From positions 66,429-130,428 of the forward strand of contig NW_001865050.1 of assembly GCF_000002865.3 (NCBI RefSeq): a DNA stretch of 64,000 bases, read 5' to 3'. A model generated the notes under the pieces. The model was not told the origin of the DNA. It ran no database searches and saw only the letters and a list, made by a program, of their open reading frames with translations. This document shows positions 1-13,879 of this stretch, one piece after another (within the stretch, counting starts at the first letter, position 1; each line of letters opens with the position of its first letter). This DNA is from Monosiga brevicollis MX1. Its lineage: Eukaryota. The translations under genes were made by a program, and so were the position numbers.

Positions 1-3000
1 GACTGGGCGCGCTGAAAGTCCTCGGGAGCATCTATCAAATTCGATGGTCCTGTGAGCTCCGTTTCGAGCAGGTTTAGTTCTTCGTTCGTTTGTTTGTTCG
101 TTGTCTTGCTTTGAAAACAAAGGGCAACTTGTAAACTTCCAGTGCACTGACCATCAGCAAATAAGAAAAAGCCGCAGCCCCCATCACGGCCCTTGGCGCA
201 ACAGAAGAACGTTCGGCCTGCCACCAGCAATTCCGAAAAAGTCAGCCCATCTTCAAGAGTTCGTGCTTGCACGGCGCCGCTGCTGAGGTGGCCTAAAAAC
301 GTGACGGCCACAAACCTTGGTTTGGGCCCTCTTTGCGGACCGTGCGCGTCACAGCTGGCTGACCGCAATTACAACACTGTCCCGAAGCATCACCACCGCC
401 GCCAGCAGTGCTAGCACCACCGCCCTGTCGATTCAAACTAGGGTCCACCCACTTTGGCAAAGCGCCCGAGTCAAAAGCACGGCGTGATGAGAGTTGATTA
501 TCACAGGCCTCAACGCAACGCGAGGCGCACAAAAAAACAGGCTGCAAACCCTCGCCATGCATGCGACGCACCGAAAAGAAATTGCACCCGTCCGTCCGAT
601 TGACACACGAGAAAAAGCTTTGCCCTGTGATGTGATTAGGCCCGAACCGGCACATCAATGAGCGAGCTTGACGGCTAGTGGCCAGCAGGTTGGACAAATT
701 TCAGCTTCATACCGGCATTGGCGCCAGTCTTGGCCACGCGCACCACGCTTGGCCGACGACATTCACAGGGTGGCCCAAGCTCATCGCAAAATTGATAAAA
801 GTCACATTGCGCTGGATTTTGGCCACATTTAAAAAATTGTCGCCCTGCAAAAGCAAACCCAAGTGAAACGTACCTCACAACGCATGCCAAGGACAACAGT
901 CATCCTGGTCACACATGGTCCTTCTCACGAGCCTTGTGAAGGAGTTTGGACCTCCCGACGAGGTAGTGGCATTGTTCGTACCTGCGTTGGCTTGCGTTGC
1001 TGCCGTGAGACGGAGGGCTGGTACGCCACAAAAGCAAGGAACGTCTTCGGGCGGAGTGGCCTATCCAATATGCAATCAATGCGATCATGGAAGTAGTCAG
1101 TCTCCAGTCCTCTGTGCAGTCAAGACAAGACTCGCAGACGATTTTGACAAGTAGGACAGCATGATGAGGGCACAGGCGCACCGTCGCTGCTGCTGGCACC
1201 GCATCGTAACTTTGCAGGGGTCGATTGGTGGAGCTTGATTGGTTCGCCCCAAACTCATCCATGGCTGCCAGCAGCGCTTCATCATCTTCATCATCATCAT
1301 CATCGCCATTGAAGCCTTGCGCCCTGATGCCTCGGTTGCGACTGATGCCCGATTGCACTGGTCCGAGTGCATGGGACCGAACATTGCTTCCTCCTCCTCC
1401 GCCACTGCCGCCGCCACCACCTCCTCCTCCACTGCCACCACCTCCTCCACTGCCGCCACCGCCACCGCTATGATCAGACCTGTTGGAGTGACCGCCAGAC
1501 GGCCGGATCTCTGTCCAGTACCATGATTGTGAGGGCGGGCAGAAGAAGACGCATGAGACAAGTGCCGTTCTTCGCCATCTTGAACAGACTGCTCAATGGC
1601 CGACTTACGAAGCGGGCCACGACTATTGGCAAAATTGACAATGGGCTCGCTGCAGCACAAACAGCCCTCGTGCACTGAAGATCCATCCACGTGCAAATAG
1701 GCGGGTAAAGCGCCTGCTCGGAATTCGATGCGCACGAGCCTGCAACACGCAAACGCAATTTAGATTGAGAACGATCGTTCAGTACCGGTTCAACCAGTGG
1801 CCACAATCATCGCCCTAAACGCAGGTGGCAAACGCACCGCTCATGACAGCGAGTACAGTGGCGGTCCAGCACGCTAATGCTTTGGCAATTGTCCAGCCAT
1901 TGCGATGCGCGACACTTGGGATAGCCGCGACATGATAGCAGCCACCTGCATAAAATGACGGTTCCCAACCGGCGCGTCAGCGAGGCACAGGCAGCTGATC
2001 TGTCGCGATCAAATTCAAAAAGGATACAGGACGGTCGTTCACCTACTTCTTGTCCTTTGTAGTCTTGAATGCCTGGGCAGCTTTTTTGCATTCGGGGCAA
2101 GTGCGCCACGCCTCGCCTGATACCATTGCTATTAACCCCCAACAAGCAAAGAGTCGATCAGACCTGCCCAATTTTGCAAGCGCGGCCATGGAAACGGCCA
2201 GGGAACAGGAAGTCTCACGAGGCGCGCCACTGGCTTCCCCAAATTGATGGACAAAGGCATTGTCAAAACGATCCATCTAAGAGCGGGGCGCAGATTGACC
2301 AGATGCAACATGCCATTAAAAGAAACAAGCGTTCTCTGTGCCCTGTCGGCGGTAAACGGGTATCCTTGAGCATCGAAGCTGGACCAACCTCTCGGCACAC
2401 GACCTGGAAGACCTCGCGATACTGACTGATGACACGGGCCACTACCTGTGCCTTGCTGCGCTCCCCAGCACACACTCTAATCGAAGGCAAGAGATAGACA
2501 AGTCAGGCCTGTCGTAAGTACGCCATTGGTGGAGCACGCCTGCATGGTCCTTGGACTTTGAGCGTACCGCTGCATGTCTGCCTCCATCTCGCGTCGCAAG
2601 TCCGGGCGAGCCACGGATATTTCAAAACTCATGTCGTCATAGGCTGAAATTGGCCACCAGCCCGCATGGAAACCATTAGCAATTGCAATGCCGGGGGAGG
2701 CGGTTCACAGCCACGGAGGAAAAAAGCGCACCGTTGACCAGCGCAATGCCGAGGGTGGTGGGCACGAGCGACTGCCCCGCTTCTTGTTTGCAAACATATT
2801 CACGCTCTAGGATATTTTTGATGTGCTCGGCCATGGTCGCATCTGTTCCAATCTCATATCGGGCCATCAGAGACAAGAGATCGGCCTCGGTCAACAGGGC
2901 GGGCGCGGAAGTTTCGCCCACCAACACCTGTCGCACAAGGCAAAAGCGCCAAAAAGAACAGTGGGTGCGAGCGCGACGATGAGACAACGATTTGCCCACG

Positions 3001-6000
3001 CACATCTATGAAAAAAGTCGCGCACTGGCGGTGAACACAAACCTCGCAGTTTGCGGGCAGTTCTTGGCCCACAGTGTAGGGGGGAAGCATCTAAAGCAGA
3101 CGACGATAAACGACAATAAAAGATGATCAGCCAAGCAGTTCAAACCCCATCGTCTCCTTCCTTCTGACGCATGTAGCCAAAGCTTTGACCGGGCCAGATC
3201 TTTTTCGAAAAGCCAACCTTGCCGCCCCAGTTGTCGTAGGGATGATAAATCTCCAGGTATCCGCGGTCGCGGATGACCAATCCCTTTGCCGTAAACTGCA
3301 AAATAGGCCATGCCCAGGATGCGCGGTTACACATCAATGCGACACCATGTCAAAAGGCTGGAAAGATGGAAAGGATGGAAGCTTGATGACTCCCAAATAA
3401 GACCACGCGCGCTCAATGCCTCCATTTGACGTACCACTTCATCGCCCTTGTGCACCGTGACCGTGGTCTCCTCGCCTCGGGCATCGCGTGAGCAGCATGC
3501 CAAGAAATGACGCGTGACGAGATCGTAAATTTGCTGCTCGCGCCCCGAAAGGTTGTTCACGCTCTTGGTCGGATGAATCGGTGGATGGGCCTCATCGGAT
3601 TTATTTCCATTCCGGGGCGTTGGCCCCTGCCCCTGGCATATGGAATTCAACCCCCCATGAGAGCCAGACGGCTTGACACGAAGCACATTGACCACTGATG
3701 TTGACGAAAGTCATGATGAGTGCGTCGCTGCTCCGTGCGTACATACCTCGAGGAGTGAGGAGGCAAACGCCCCGTAGAGACTGTGCTGTGCGAATACCTC
3801 CACCATCGGGCGCAAGTCTATGCTCGAGTCGAATTTGTTCGTTTCCGTGCGTGGGTAACTCAAAATACTAATATTGCAAACGAGCCAAACCAGCGCAACG
3901 GGCATCGCAAAATCGACCAAAAAGTGAATAATGATATCGTAGACACAGGACTGGCAGCGTGCCGCCCCTGGAGCCTACGTACCCTTGCTGGTACAGCTTT
4001 TCGGCAGCGCTAAGCGAATCCGCAGGGGCAATCTTGAAGCGGCGCGACGCGATTTTTTGCATTTCCTGATCATGACAAACAAAGAATAAAACAAAAACCA
4101 TAATTTAAGATTCAAAAGCCAACCAAGACGGCAAAGTTGGCGACCTGCTTACCGTGGTAGTAAGACCAACCGGCCGATATTTGCTGCGCTGGCGAGCTGC
4201 AAGGCAGTCGATGGGACGCTGTGAGTCAAAGCCAGCAAGAGTGGAGACGACTGCCCTATGGCCTGGCCGTTCACTTTGGACGTACATTGCACATCGACCA
4301 CACGCGCCGCCTCGGGTTCACAGCGATCTGCCAAAACACCAGCCACTTGCTCATCAAAGACACGGCCCCTAAACAAGCACGTAAAATGACAAGACAAACA
4401 TGCATAAAACGACCATTGATGGAACAGGGCCAGGCGGTGCCTTATGAGCTAAGCGGCAGCTGATACCGGTGCCAAGAGAACTCGACATTGTAGTCATCAC
4501 CCGCCTCGCTCTGCTCCTGGTGTAAAACTGCAGCGTGAACATTTGCCGAAAGCAAGACTTGATGAGAATAAACACGGGCTTTTAGCCAAACAAGCGGTGT
4601 CTCATACGTCGCAGCTTCCAAAAGTCTTCGGGCACAAAGCTCTCATGGCTACGAAACTGCATTGTCTCGCATAGCAACAGATGTAGATCCAGTCAAATTC
4701 GGAACAAGCAGCACTGCAGCAAACTTCCTATCGCAGCAAACAAAGAATGTCGGGCCAAGAGCAAAAGATTCTACTTACGCGCTCAACAACAAAGCCCAAG
4801 GTTGGAAATTGGCAAGGTCCTGTATCAAGCAAGCCGCGATGAGGCCCTTCCGCAAAGTTCTTTTTTTTTTTTTTTTTTTTTTAATGTTGTTTTGTTGTTT
4901 GTTTTTTGTGTTTTTGTGTTTTTCACGTCCAAAGCCACGTCAGCGGGCGACTCGCGCACTTACCATAGCTAATGGGTTGCTTGCGTGCTTCGCGACCAAA
5001 GCGCGCGGGGTAGAGGGCCTGAAGCCGCAGCGTCTGGAATCGAGTGAAAATGGCGCCGATGCGAAGATCCAGTTCTTGTCGAGCCACGCACGCCTATGTC
5101 GCTCAGCCAGATGAGCATACCGGGCATTCTGAAGCCTCGCAGCTTGGAGCCAGGAACCGAGCCGCACAAGTGAACACAACATACTTGCGAAGCTCGTTGG
5201 TCAGGAGGCACCAGGCGAGTCAAGCAGCCGTTGATTTCTCTGATAATGACAGGAATGCGTCATGTACCGTAAGGGCGAGAGGGGAGAAAGACCAGGGGAG
5301 GGGAGAAAGACCAGGGGCAGAGCAATGGAACTGCATCCAAAACGGTCCTACCCCGGCGTTACGGCTGAAAACTTCATGCGCTTGCAATCAAGGTTGCGGT
5401 TTACTGATGCATGCGAAAGACAGGCATTAGAGCAGTTGACATGAGCCGTCGCTCAAGCGGGTACTTGAAAAAGAAATGGCTCGGCCGTGGAGCGGGCTGA
5501 CGTACCTCGCCGGCAGACCTCGATGATTTCAAATCCAATGTTCTCACCCTCGCGGTCGTTGTCTGTGGCAATGATCAGCCAATCGCAGGTGCGTGCGTAC
5601 TTTTGCAGCAAGGTCTGAAGAAGCAAGTATCCGACACCACACAAATCCGACACCGTTCAGAGAAAAGACAACAGCAAATTCCCGAAAACACGACGCACAG
5701 ATACACAGAGTAGCAAGGAGACATCACAAAGGCAGCCAGACGACGGGTCTGCACCTTGATCGTGGCGCAATTGGTCTCGCCAGGACGATCGTTGACCACA
5801 TGCTGAAGTGGTGCGTCAAACAGCTCCTGGGGCGCACAGCTGTGCCTGCAATATCCGCGGAGCATAAACACCGGCGTCTTGAAGTGAGGCCAGAGCACGT
5901 TCGATCATAAAACTGTCCAAAAACCAGGCGCACAAGCATACCAGCCACGATAGGCATCTTTAAACTCCCATGTCATCAAATGGCCAAGCACGGAGGTGAG

Positions 6001-6312
6001 TTTCACGTTGCAAGGGCGGCCTTCAATCTTTATATTAAAGTCCCAGAGCCCCACGTAGGTGCAATTGGTAGCCTCCTAGACGCACAAGTGAAATATTGGA
6101 AAAACATGAGCATGTCCCGACTGGTAAGCCAACACTGCGCTGCGCGCAGCTGGCACTGAGGAAAGTTGAGGGAAAGTCGGGGAAAAGAGAGTAAAGGCGA
6201 AGAGGCGCGGTCCGGGGGTTCGTACCCGCCGGCAGCCAGGCGCAAGGATTTGAGCAATTCCTTTGGCCACGGTTGGCTTTTCTGCCACCATCAAAACCTT
6301 GGTAATAGCCAT
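1..6312 (-). CDS. TOP3A: DNA topoisomerase III alpha (type IA), multi-exon; 3' end at or beyond the left window edge
   Basis: ATG at 6312 begins MAITKVLMVAEKP (TOPRIM). Later exons encode WLIIATDNDREGENIGFEI, RQELDLRIG, ISYGPCQFPTLGFVVER, catalytic SYPRTET, AHPPIHP and IGTDATMAEHI. C-terminus has a Gly-rich linker and three GRF-type zinc fingers. Confidence 0.95.
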
Positions 6313-7350
6313 GGCGCTGGAACGCCAGGCCCAGGCGGCGGGAGCTGAGACAAATTGCCTGACACCACTTGATCAGCCCGAGAGCTGGCCCATGCCGGGG
6401 CGCGAAGAATAAGAGCAGGGTCTCTTGCTTGCACCTTTCCCAGCTCAAGCGGCACAGTTCAAGCAGGACATGCTGTGTTAGGATGAGAATTGCATTCAGC
6501 AAGGCCCTCTCCCGGCGCTGCCAAAACTCAACTCAGCGCACCAGACCAGAGGTTTGTTCGCAAAAAAAAAAAAAAAAAAAAAATGAAACGGTCATGATAC
6601 CGTTACCCAAAAAACTTGTTTCAACATGTTTATAGGCGCTCGCTCTCGTGGTCTTTGCCGACAAGAAGTTGTTTTTAATACGTTAACAAATCTTCATCTT
6701 CTCCACATAATCGTTCTTTAACCGAGTTTAGTTTGATTTTCTTCCAAGTTTTTCGCGCCACTGGGACTGAGCTGAGTGCCGGGGCGAGCATGCACCGCGA
6801 GCGAAGTGGAATATTTGCTCTTTACGATCCGCAGCTTGGCCGTTTCTACTTCCAATGCTTGTATTCCAGTGCTGCAGACTGGTCTTGACAGCGCTGGTTT
6901 TGTTGTTGTGTTGTTTTTTTTATTTTTTTTTTGCATGTTCAACGTCTTCGTTGTGCTACGTCAGGAAGCGACGATGTCCTATGAATCGCGCGAGGATCCC
7001 ATTTCAACTCTGGTGAAACCCGGGCATAACTGCTTCATACGATGGCAAGCGAGTGGAAACACCCAAAGCCGTAACAACTGAAGTCTCTCGAGCCAACAAG
7101 GGTTGAAAAGTCTAAGAGATGATGCTTTACGGTCCTGAATTTATAACTCGAGGTTCTTAGGCCATGCGGGTCAAAAAGAGAAACAGCGAGGGCGAGAGAG
7201 AGCGCGAGAGAGAGGGACAGAGACAGAGGGAGAGCAAGGGCAGCGCAACGCGAATGACACGTTTTCTTATACATTACTGCAACTATTCAATATTATTACT
7301 TATTAATACGGGTGTTCCAAGGGCACCAGGGTCGAGTGTGGGGGGTTCTC

Positions 7351-8983
7351 TCAACCCGATATCACTGGACTCGTCCAGAGGGGCAAGCTTCCCTGATGGG
7401 CGGGCGCAAGCCCTTGACTGGCAGCGCTTGAGAACAAGGTTGACTGCCAATCTAAGCTCTGCGTGGCCTCATAGCGGCATGGCGTCTTCGAGGGTCCAGT
7501 CATGGCAAAGGCGATGCCGTGACTCAAGGGCACAGTCGTGGCTGTCGATGAGGGCAGCTCATTGTCCATCCAGCAGGTTCGTCCGTGTGTCATCTCATCA
7601 GCCAGCGCGAAGTCTTCGTCGGATGCTTGCGTGGTCTCCATTAGAAAAGAATGGGTTTCCATGCCGGCGCATTCCTGGACCTCCCACGGCATGCGACCTC
7701 GTGCCGTGACGCTTCGTGGGCTGTCTTCCAGTCTGGACGATGTGAAGTGCGGACCGGTCGGGCCGGGGTCAACTCGGAGCTGTTCCTCACGGCTGGAGCT
7801 TGTCTCCAGCAGAACCGACAGCAGGGGTGCCGTAGCCGGCATGAGCACGAGCATGGGGCCACTATTTGTGTTGACAAACTGCGGCACGAGATGACCGGAT
7901 TCCAAAATGTCGGCCAGCTGAGGCAACTTGTTTAGCTGCTCCGCGGTGGCCTGCGCTTGATTCACATCGCCTGTGTTGTAATAGCACAGAGAGTTTGCAC
8001 AATGAGCAGGTGGCCATTCCAAGTGATGCTCGGAATGCATCAACAAGTCTAGCCTTCCTTGTCGCTGCCGCCCCACCGTATGAAAGACCAAATGAATAAA
8101 GTACAAGAAGAGCAGACGCACCGCACGTGGCCACACCAGCAAAGGCCGAGGCATTGCTAGCCGTTGACAGCTCTTGCGATGAGTCTTGGTCCTACCGGAA
8201 AAAGCATCAACAGGAGAAAGAGTTAGAGGCGCAAATGCAAACAGAATCATCCATCCGCCCAATTTGAAGCCAGCTTGCTTGCCACATACCTGAGAAATTT
8301 CATCGAGCTCCGAGTACATGGTGACAGTTTGCTCAGCCAATGCAACAGCTCGAGTAAGGTGCATGCGCAGCAGCTGAAGCGTCAGACCTTTGACATTGAA
8401 CAATCAAGGAGGGAGCAAACTTTGGGTGAGTGGCCGGGCCCTGCTAATTTTACCGAAAAAAAAAAAAAAAAATCAAGCTAAGCTGTACTAGGGAGACAAC
8501 ATACGTGGCAGATGTTCTATGCAGCTCAAGACTCGGCAGCGAGCGCATTTGTGCTGTGCAGGCGTCTCAAAGTGGAACGCGTATGGATCGCAATGACCTA
8601 CATCACCAGCCCACCAGCATCGAGGAAGAATAAGGGCACAATGTCGGAAGCTGCTCGGATGCGCCTGTCGACGACTCAAGTAGTCGCCCAGAGGCGCCTT
8701 CATCATCGCCAACGTGACCATTCATACCGCTGCAAGGTCGCCGCAGTCGCTGCTTGGTGCGTGACATTGCTTCGCGCAGGCGTATGAGCATCTCGGTCGA
8801 GGTTCCGTCGGTCTCAAAGCGGCTGCCCTCGCGGTGGATCATCTCGATCACTTGCTTGATGTGTTTGTAGAGAACGCCATAACATGACTTGCAGTAGCGC
8901 TTGCCTGCCTTGGCTGTGTCTTGACACACCAGGCAGTTCAAGTTGGGGGGCTGCCCTTCGCTTTGCACTGCGTTCTTGATCAT
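7351..8983 (-). CDS. Hypothetical protein with an N-terminal double C4 zinc finger resembling a nuclear-receptor DBD, followed by a helix and a low-complexity C-terminus
   Basis: Exons 8983-8728, 8597-8505 and 8387-8290 plus downstream exons join in frame at GT-AG sites to give CLVCQDTAKAGKRYCKSCYG...RRPCSGHCDPYAFHFETPAQHKCARCRVLSC. The last exon is the long ORF ending at 7351. The start codon is uncertain. Confidence 0.6.
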
Positions 8984-9633
8984 GCTGGCAAAGTCGGATC
9001 CACATTTAACGAAATGTACCTGGCTTGTGGGTTTATCGTAGATGGAAAAAAAAATGACCAATCGTTGAGTGGGGATGTACTCAAGCCCCTTTTCACAGGA
9101 ACACAACCACCTACCGCCCTTAGTAGATAAGTTGATAAACGGTGACGCGACTTGAATTATCACCACAACCACCCTGCAAAACGCAATCACAGGCAACTGC
9201 TACGTCAATTCTACGAGAAGGCAGGTCGGGTGCCGCGCCGGTTTTGTGTCGAAGCCGACGAGACAGTTTGATTTTGTCACGTAGACCACCATGTCAACGC
9301 AAGATACGGTAGGCGTGATGCAAAAGAAAACAAACAATGACTTTCACTTCACAACTTGAGGAATTTTTGACACACTTTAATCGTTTCTTTCCTAAGGTAG
9401 TCGGTTACAAGTTCCATTCCCATGACTCGCGACCCCAAATCCCATGCCGAGGTTTGGACCTTGCTGCTTCTGCGTCTTTTCGAGGGCAAGAGCCGTCATT
9501 GCTCGATTGAAAAAACGCACGTTGTACGACGCTATCTTCGCACCCCCAGTACCCTAAACTATCCCATGGATGGATATGCTTCGTCGGACTCGCAGTCGCA
9601 CAGATTTTGAGAGACCATAGTAATAATAATTAT

Positions 9634-12243
9634 TCACACGAGGCTTCGGAACGAAGAACACAGTAGCACAGATGCAGATGGTAGGAGACAGGCAGGGCAG
9701 TGGGAATCACCATCACCAGATCCCCAAGCACACCAGCCAGGTTTCATAGCATAATCGCTGGAGGAGCCCCACAGCAAAACAGAAAAGGTACTTTGGGACA
9801 CTCCCTCGCTGCTATCCTCCGCCAACCTCACGAAAGACCAATCGAACGCCAATGTGCTGGTAATGTGCCTATCAGGTGCAATCGCAAGCCACATGTGAGC
9901 TTGGCACTCCTCCTTTCCAGTTTCATCATCAAGCGGCGTCAGGCTCATCAAAGCATCACAACGTACGCTCATCAACACAGGACGGCTGTCACGTTGCAAG
10001 AGCTTTTGCTTGCCATCGGGTGTCACCAACACAAGGCCCCCCTCCGTACTCTCCGGCAATCCCAGCTTGGCAATTAGATGCTTACACACGTGTCCGGCGG
10101 TGGCAGAGAAAGGAAGACGCAGCTCACGCTTCACCATGTCATGGTGGCGGGTGCGAGCGGCTATAAAGACGACAAGTGAGCCCATGCCAGCGGTATCTGT
10201 TCTCAGCTCTGAAATGAGGGATTTGCTGGCCGCCGATCTAGCCTGCTCAGCCTCAGCTGGTAGAGCAGGCATGACACGAATGGCTTGCTTGAGCTGTCCC
10301 AGGGGAAAGACGTGAGCCTCATCTTCTTTCTGGCGGCACTCCTTGATGACTGCTGGAAGAAGCTGGGCTTCATTCCAAACCGCGCTCAAGCTGCCGCACA
10401 CCGAGAACTGATGAGGTCATGTGGCAAACAGCACAGCATATTGCGACGCCTTCAAAGCATGCAGATGAACAGATTCACAAAATACATGTTGGACGGCGAT
10501 CCTTCAGCTGCTCAAGGCACGATACCACGTCACACCTGCGCGTACCTGCGTTGTGCCTCGGCGGCCACATTGGCCATTTGACGCTTAGAGGCACCCTCGG
10601 CGCCCAGCGCTGCACGAGCTTCATATTGCAGCTGGCTCGCCAAATTGCCGGCCTGCAACCATAAGCGACTATATTGCTGGTGGGCATCGGGATCCAGCGT
10701 TTGCCAACAAAGTCGTTCAAACCAGGCGGCGGGCATAACTAGCTGATCGCGATTCTCGGAATGAGCTTTGTGCGTCGTTTCAGTCAAAAACTCGCTGCTC
10801 GGTGACACGAGCACCAGAGCTGAAGCCTGTGGCGACAACTCCCAGACATTGTCGGCATACAAGCGCCACTGGGGGGCGGCCGAGGCCGGGATGCCCAAGA
10901 GTGCTAGCGCAGCTGGTGCCTGCTCCACGATACTCTTGAGCAGCTCGTGTCCGTGTGTCGCTGTGCCCTCGCGTCCCCGTTCCGTGTTCTGACCTGCACC
11001 GCGGAGATAGGCCCATTCATCGCGGGAGATGTTGTGCGCGGTCCGTAGCCTACAGGATTGTTCGCACAAAACGATGACGCAACGGGGTGTGAGCCCGTGG
11101 TCGTGCAGTACCGCAGAACAGGCGGGGAGGGGGCATGTGAGGTTGAAAGTCGAGCGCGGGCACTACATTCACCTAACGAGCGGCAACACGGCCGCTTGGT
11201 GCTTCAGCACCGTTACTTGGAGGCCACCGACAGTGGAGCGCGGCACAAGCACGGAGAGGTACAGGCCTTCCAGTTGTGGTTCAATGGCCCCACTGGCAAA
11301 TGTCACAAGGTCTGATAGACTGGACAGAAGACGAGCAGGCGTGGATGCAGCATCCGCGCCTCCCGGTGTACTACTGACGGCAAGTCCTTCAGTGTCCGAC
11401 CAACTCAGCGCATTGCTGATGCCAGACCATTCACTCTGTGGGAGGCTTTGCACCGCGGTGATAATCAGGGCGCCGTTGTCCTCCTTGATGGGCTCGTGAT
11501 ACAAGAGGCCAAGATCGAGGGTATTGAACAGTCCTTGCAGGCAGGCAACGGCTTCGGCCGCACGCTTTCGGGCTTGCAACGAGGCCACGTCTTCGGTGAG
11601 ATCCGCCATGCCTCGTGAAGCACCCCAATCAAAGCTAAGCTGTTGTATCCACTGCAATGCACAAGTAGGACGGTCAGCGCGGCGAGCCGAAAAGATTTGA
11701 TGGTGACAAGAGTGGAAGCGCTGAGACCCACCTGAACAAGGGCGGCCGTCTCTTGCGGAGAGACAGAAGCCTCGATGGGCACAACGGGCGGTGTGCCATT
11801 GATGGTAAGGACGCGCGAGGGCTGAGCAGGGTCGAATGCTACCACGGCCAGGTGCAAGCCGCGCTTGACCTGGCGCACGGGCTTCAAACCTGAGCCAAAT
11901 TTGGCCATCAGTTTGGCCTTGGCCTTGGAGGGTGTGGCTGGCACTCCTGAAGCTCCAAAGGAGCCATCGTCATTTTCGACACCAATTGACATGAGTTGGT
12001 CCTGAATGGCAGCCAGGCTAGTCCGTAGGCGAGTGGTGCGATAAGGACGATCATCAAGCTGTCGCCAAGACGACGGGACGATGAAGGGGGGTTGTGCCTT
12101 CACAGCTGGACCCACGCCCTTGATATTGAGAGAGGCCACTCGTATGTAACAAGGAGCGCCCTGAAATGCGAGGAGTGAAAGGAGGCATGAGTCACGTTGA
12201 GATGAATGGGCGCTTATCTGTTCCATCCCCTGCAAAAGCTGCT

Positions 12244-12284
<41 letters not shown>

Positions 12285-13879
12285 TCTTCAAGACGTAAAA
12301 GCCTGAACCCACCTCGACCAGTCCTTCCAAGATGTAGGATTCCACTACGCTGGGAATGAAGACATGCTGGCTGTCTGCAAAGGTGGGATCGGTACTCCAC
12401 TCGACCTTGTAGCGGGTCACTACGGCCTGGCCGTGGTCGCGCACGTGACCGATTTGCACGCGGATCGAGGTGGGCGAATGCACACTCAATCTGACCAGGC
12501 TGGGCGCCGCTGGAACACCTGAGCAGAGGAAACGTCGATTAACAAAGCGACGGGGGCCATGACACTGGCGCGAGCAAACGCTTGTCCAACGATGCACATG
12601 TGGGGGTCATGCCAAGTCAAAAGGCTCGAGGTGGCGTACCGGCTTTGCGATAGTTACTGTCAAACTTTCGGAAAAGCAGCTCAGCGCGCGTGCACATTTT
12701 GTTCTTGAGGTCGTACTCTTGGTAGAGTCGATCATTCCCCTCTTGAATCGCGGTGAGAATTTTGCGAACCTCAATCTACCATATCACCGCGCCAGACGAC
12801 GCCGCGTGAGGCCAGGAACTGTGTCACGTCCCAGGTGTACGGCTGCCAAAAACATGGTGGGCTGTGTGCACTGGGATACAAAGGCGGTTGGGGCACCGTA
12901 CCTGCTTGGCTCGTAGAATCACCTCGAGGCGCGTCTTGCGTGCTTTGGCATCGGTATCTGAGAAGCCGAACGACACGTCAGAAAGGTGCGGGGTGCACGG
13001 TCCACAAAGATCGCTGGGCTAGGACATACATTTGTCGTTCTCGATCCCGCCGTATAATTGGAGAAGTCGGACTGCACCTCGCAGGTTAAGCATGACGGCC
13101 AAATCAAGAAGAGTGTGTTCGTCATCATCCCGCCTAGCAAAGATCCAACGGCAGCCGTTGGAACCCCCCAAAGGAACATGCATGAAGTGGAGCACAGGGA
13201 GAGCGCGGGGCGCGGGGCGACAGGGTTGGTGGCCGGGCATGGCGAGTGGGATCACAAGGTAACGCACGAGTTGACGTCGATAATTTCACGCTTGAGAAGA
13301 TCGTTGAGTTTCTCCACCTGGTTGTTTTCCACAGCATGGATGGCATCCGCAATGTGCAGACGGAGTTCGTCATCCGTGGCCGTGCTTTTGGGGCTATCGC
13401 TGCGCATAAAAGCCTTAAGCATCTGTACCCGGGAGAGCATCAAGTGGTGAGGGCAAGCCTTGTTGGGGTGGTAGGAGAATGTCATGGAGCGATTCGGGTT
13501 CATGCACACACGACGGACAAGCACCATAGCCGCGTACTTTGGTGGAGGTGGTGCGGGAGTACCGCCGATTGCTCTGCAGGCTGCTTGAGGAGGCGTGGGA
13601 GGGCGTGAGCTTCGGGGTGGCACGCTGGGTGTGCTGTTCGTCAGAGAAGCGCTGCGTTGGGGTCTCGGGCAGCCGTCGCTGACGTCGCTCGACGACTTCT
13701 TGAAACTTGGCTTGTTGGTCGAGGCACAGCTCATTCACCTCGGCAAGGTTGCTGACACCAACGTGAAGAAAGTGCTCAAATTCCACGGGGGTGGAGATTT
13801 CTGGGTGTCGATCAGGCTCTTGTGGAGCGCGCGCAATGGCGTGGGCGCGATCAAATGGCCGGGCATCGGTGTTTGACAT
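9634..13879 (-). CDS. ANKFN1: ANKFN1/wide-awake/nmf9-family protein (CRIB + ankyrin + FN3 + RA-like domain)
   Basis: CRIB motif EISTPVEFEHFLHVG; ankyrin-like AIHAVENNQ... and TLLDLAVMLN; FN3 (VTRYKVEWS...YILEGL...YIRVASLNIKGVG) followed by PSSWR; family segments VKRGLHL and LQGLFNTLDLGLLYHEPI; C-terminal RA-like RLPFSATAGHVCKHLIAKLGL. The 3' end is approximate. Confidence 0.8.
12246..12280. repeat. Intronic (GT)n microsatellite
   Basis: Perfect GT dinucleotide run inside an ANKFN1 intron. Confidence 0.95.

Noticed and set aside
6330..7340. Short ORFs between TOP3A and the zinc-finger gene (e.g. 6776-7081)
   Set aside because: No recognisable domain or consistent exon chain; AT- and repeat-rich UTR/promoter character.
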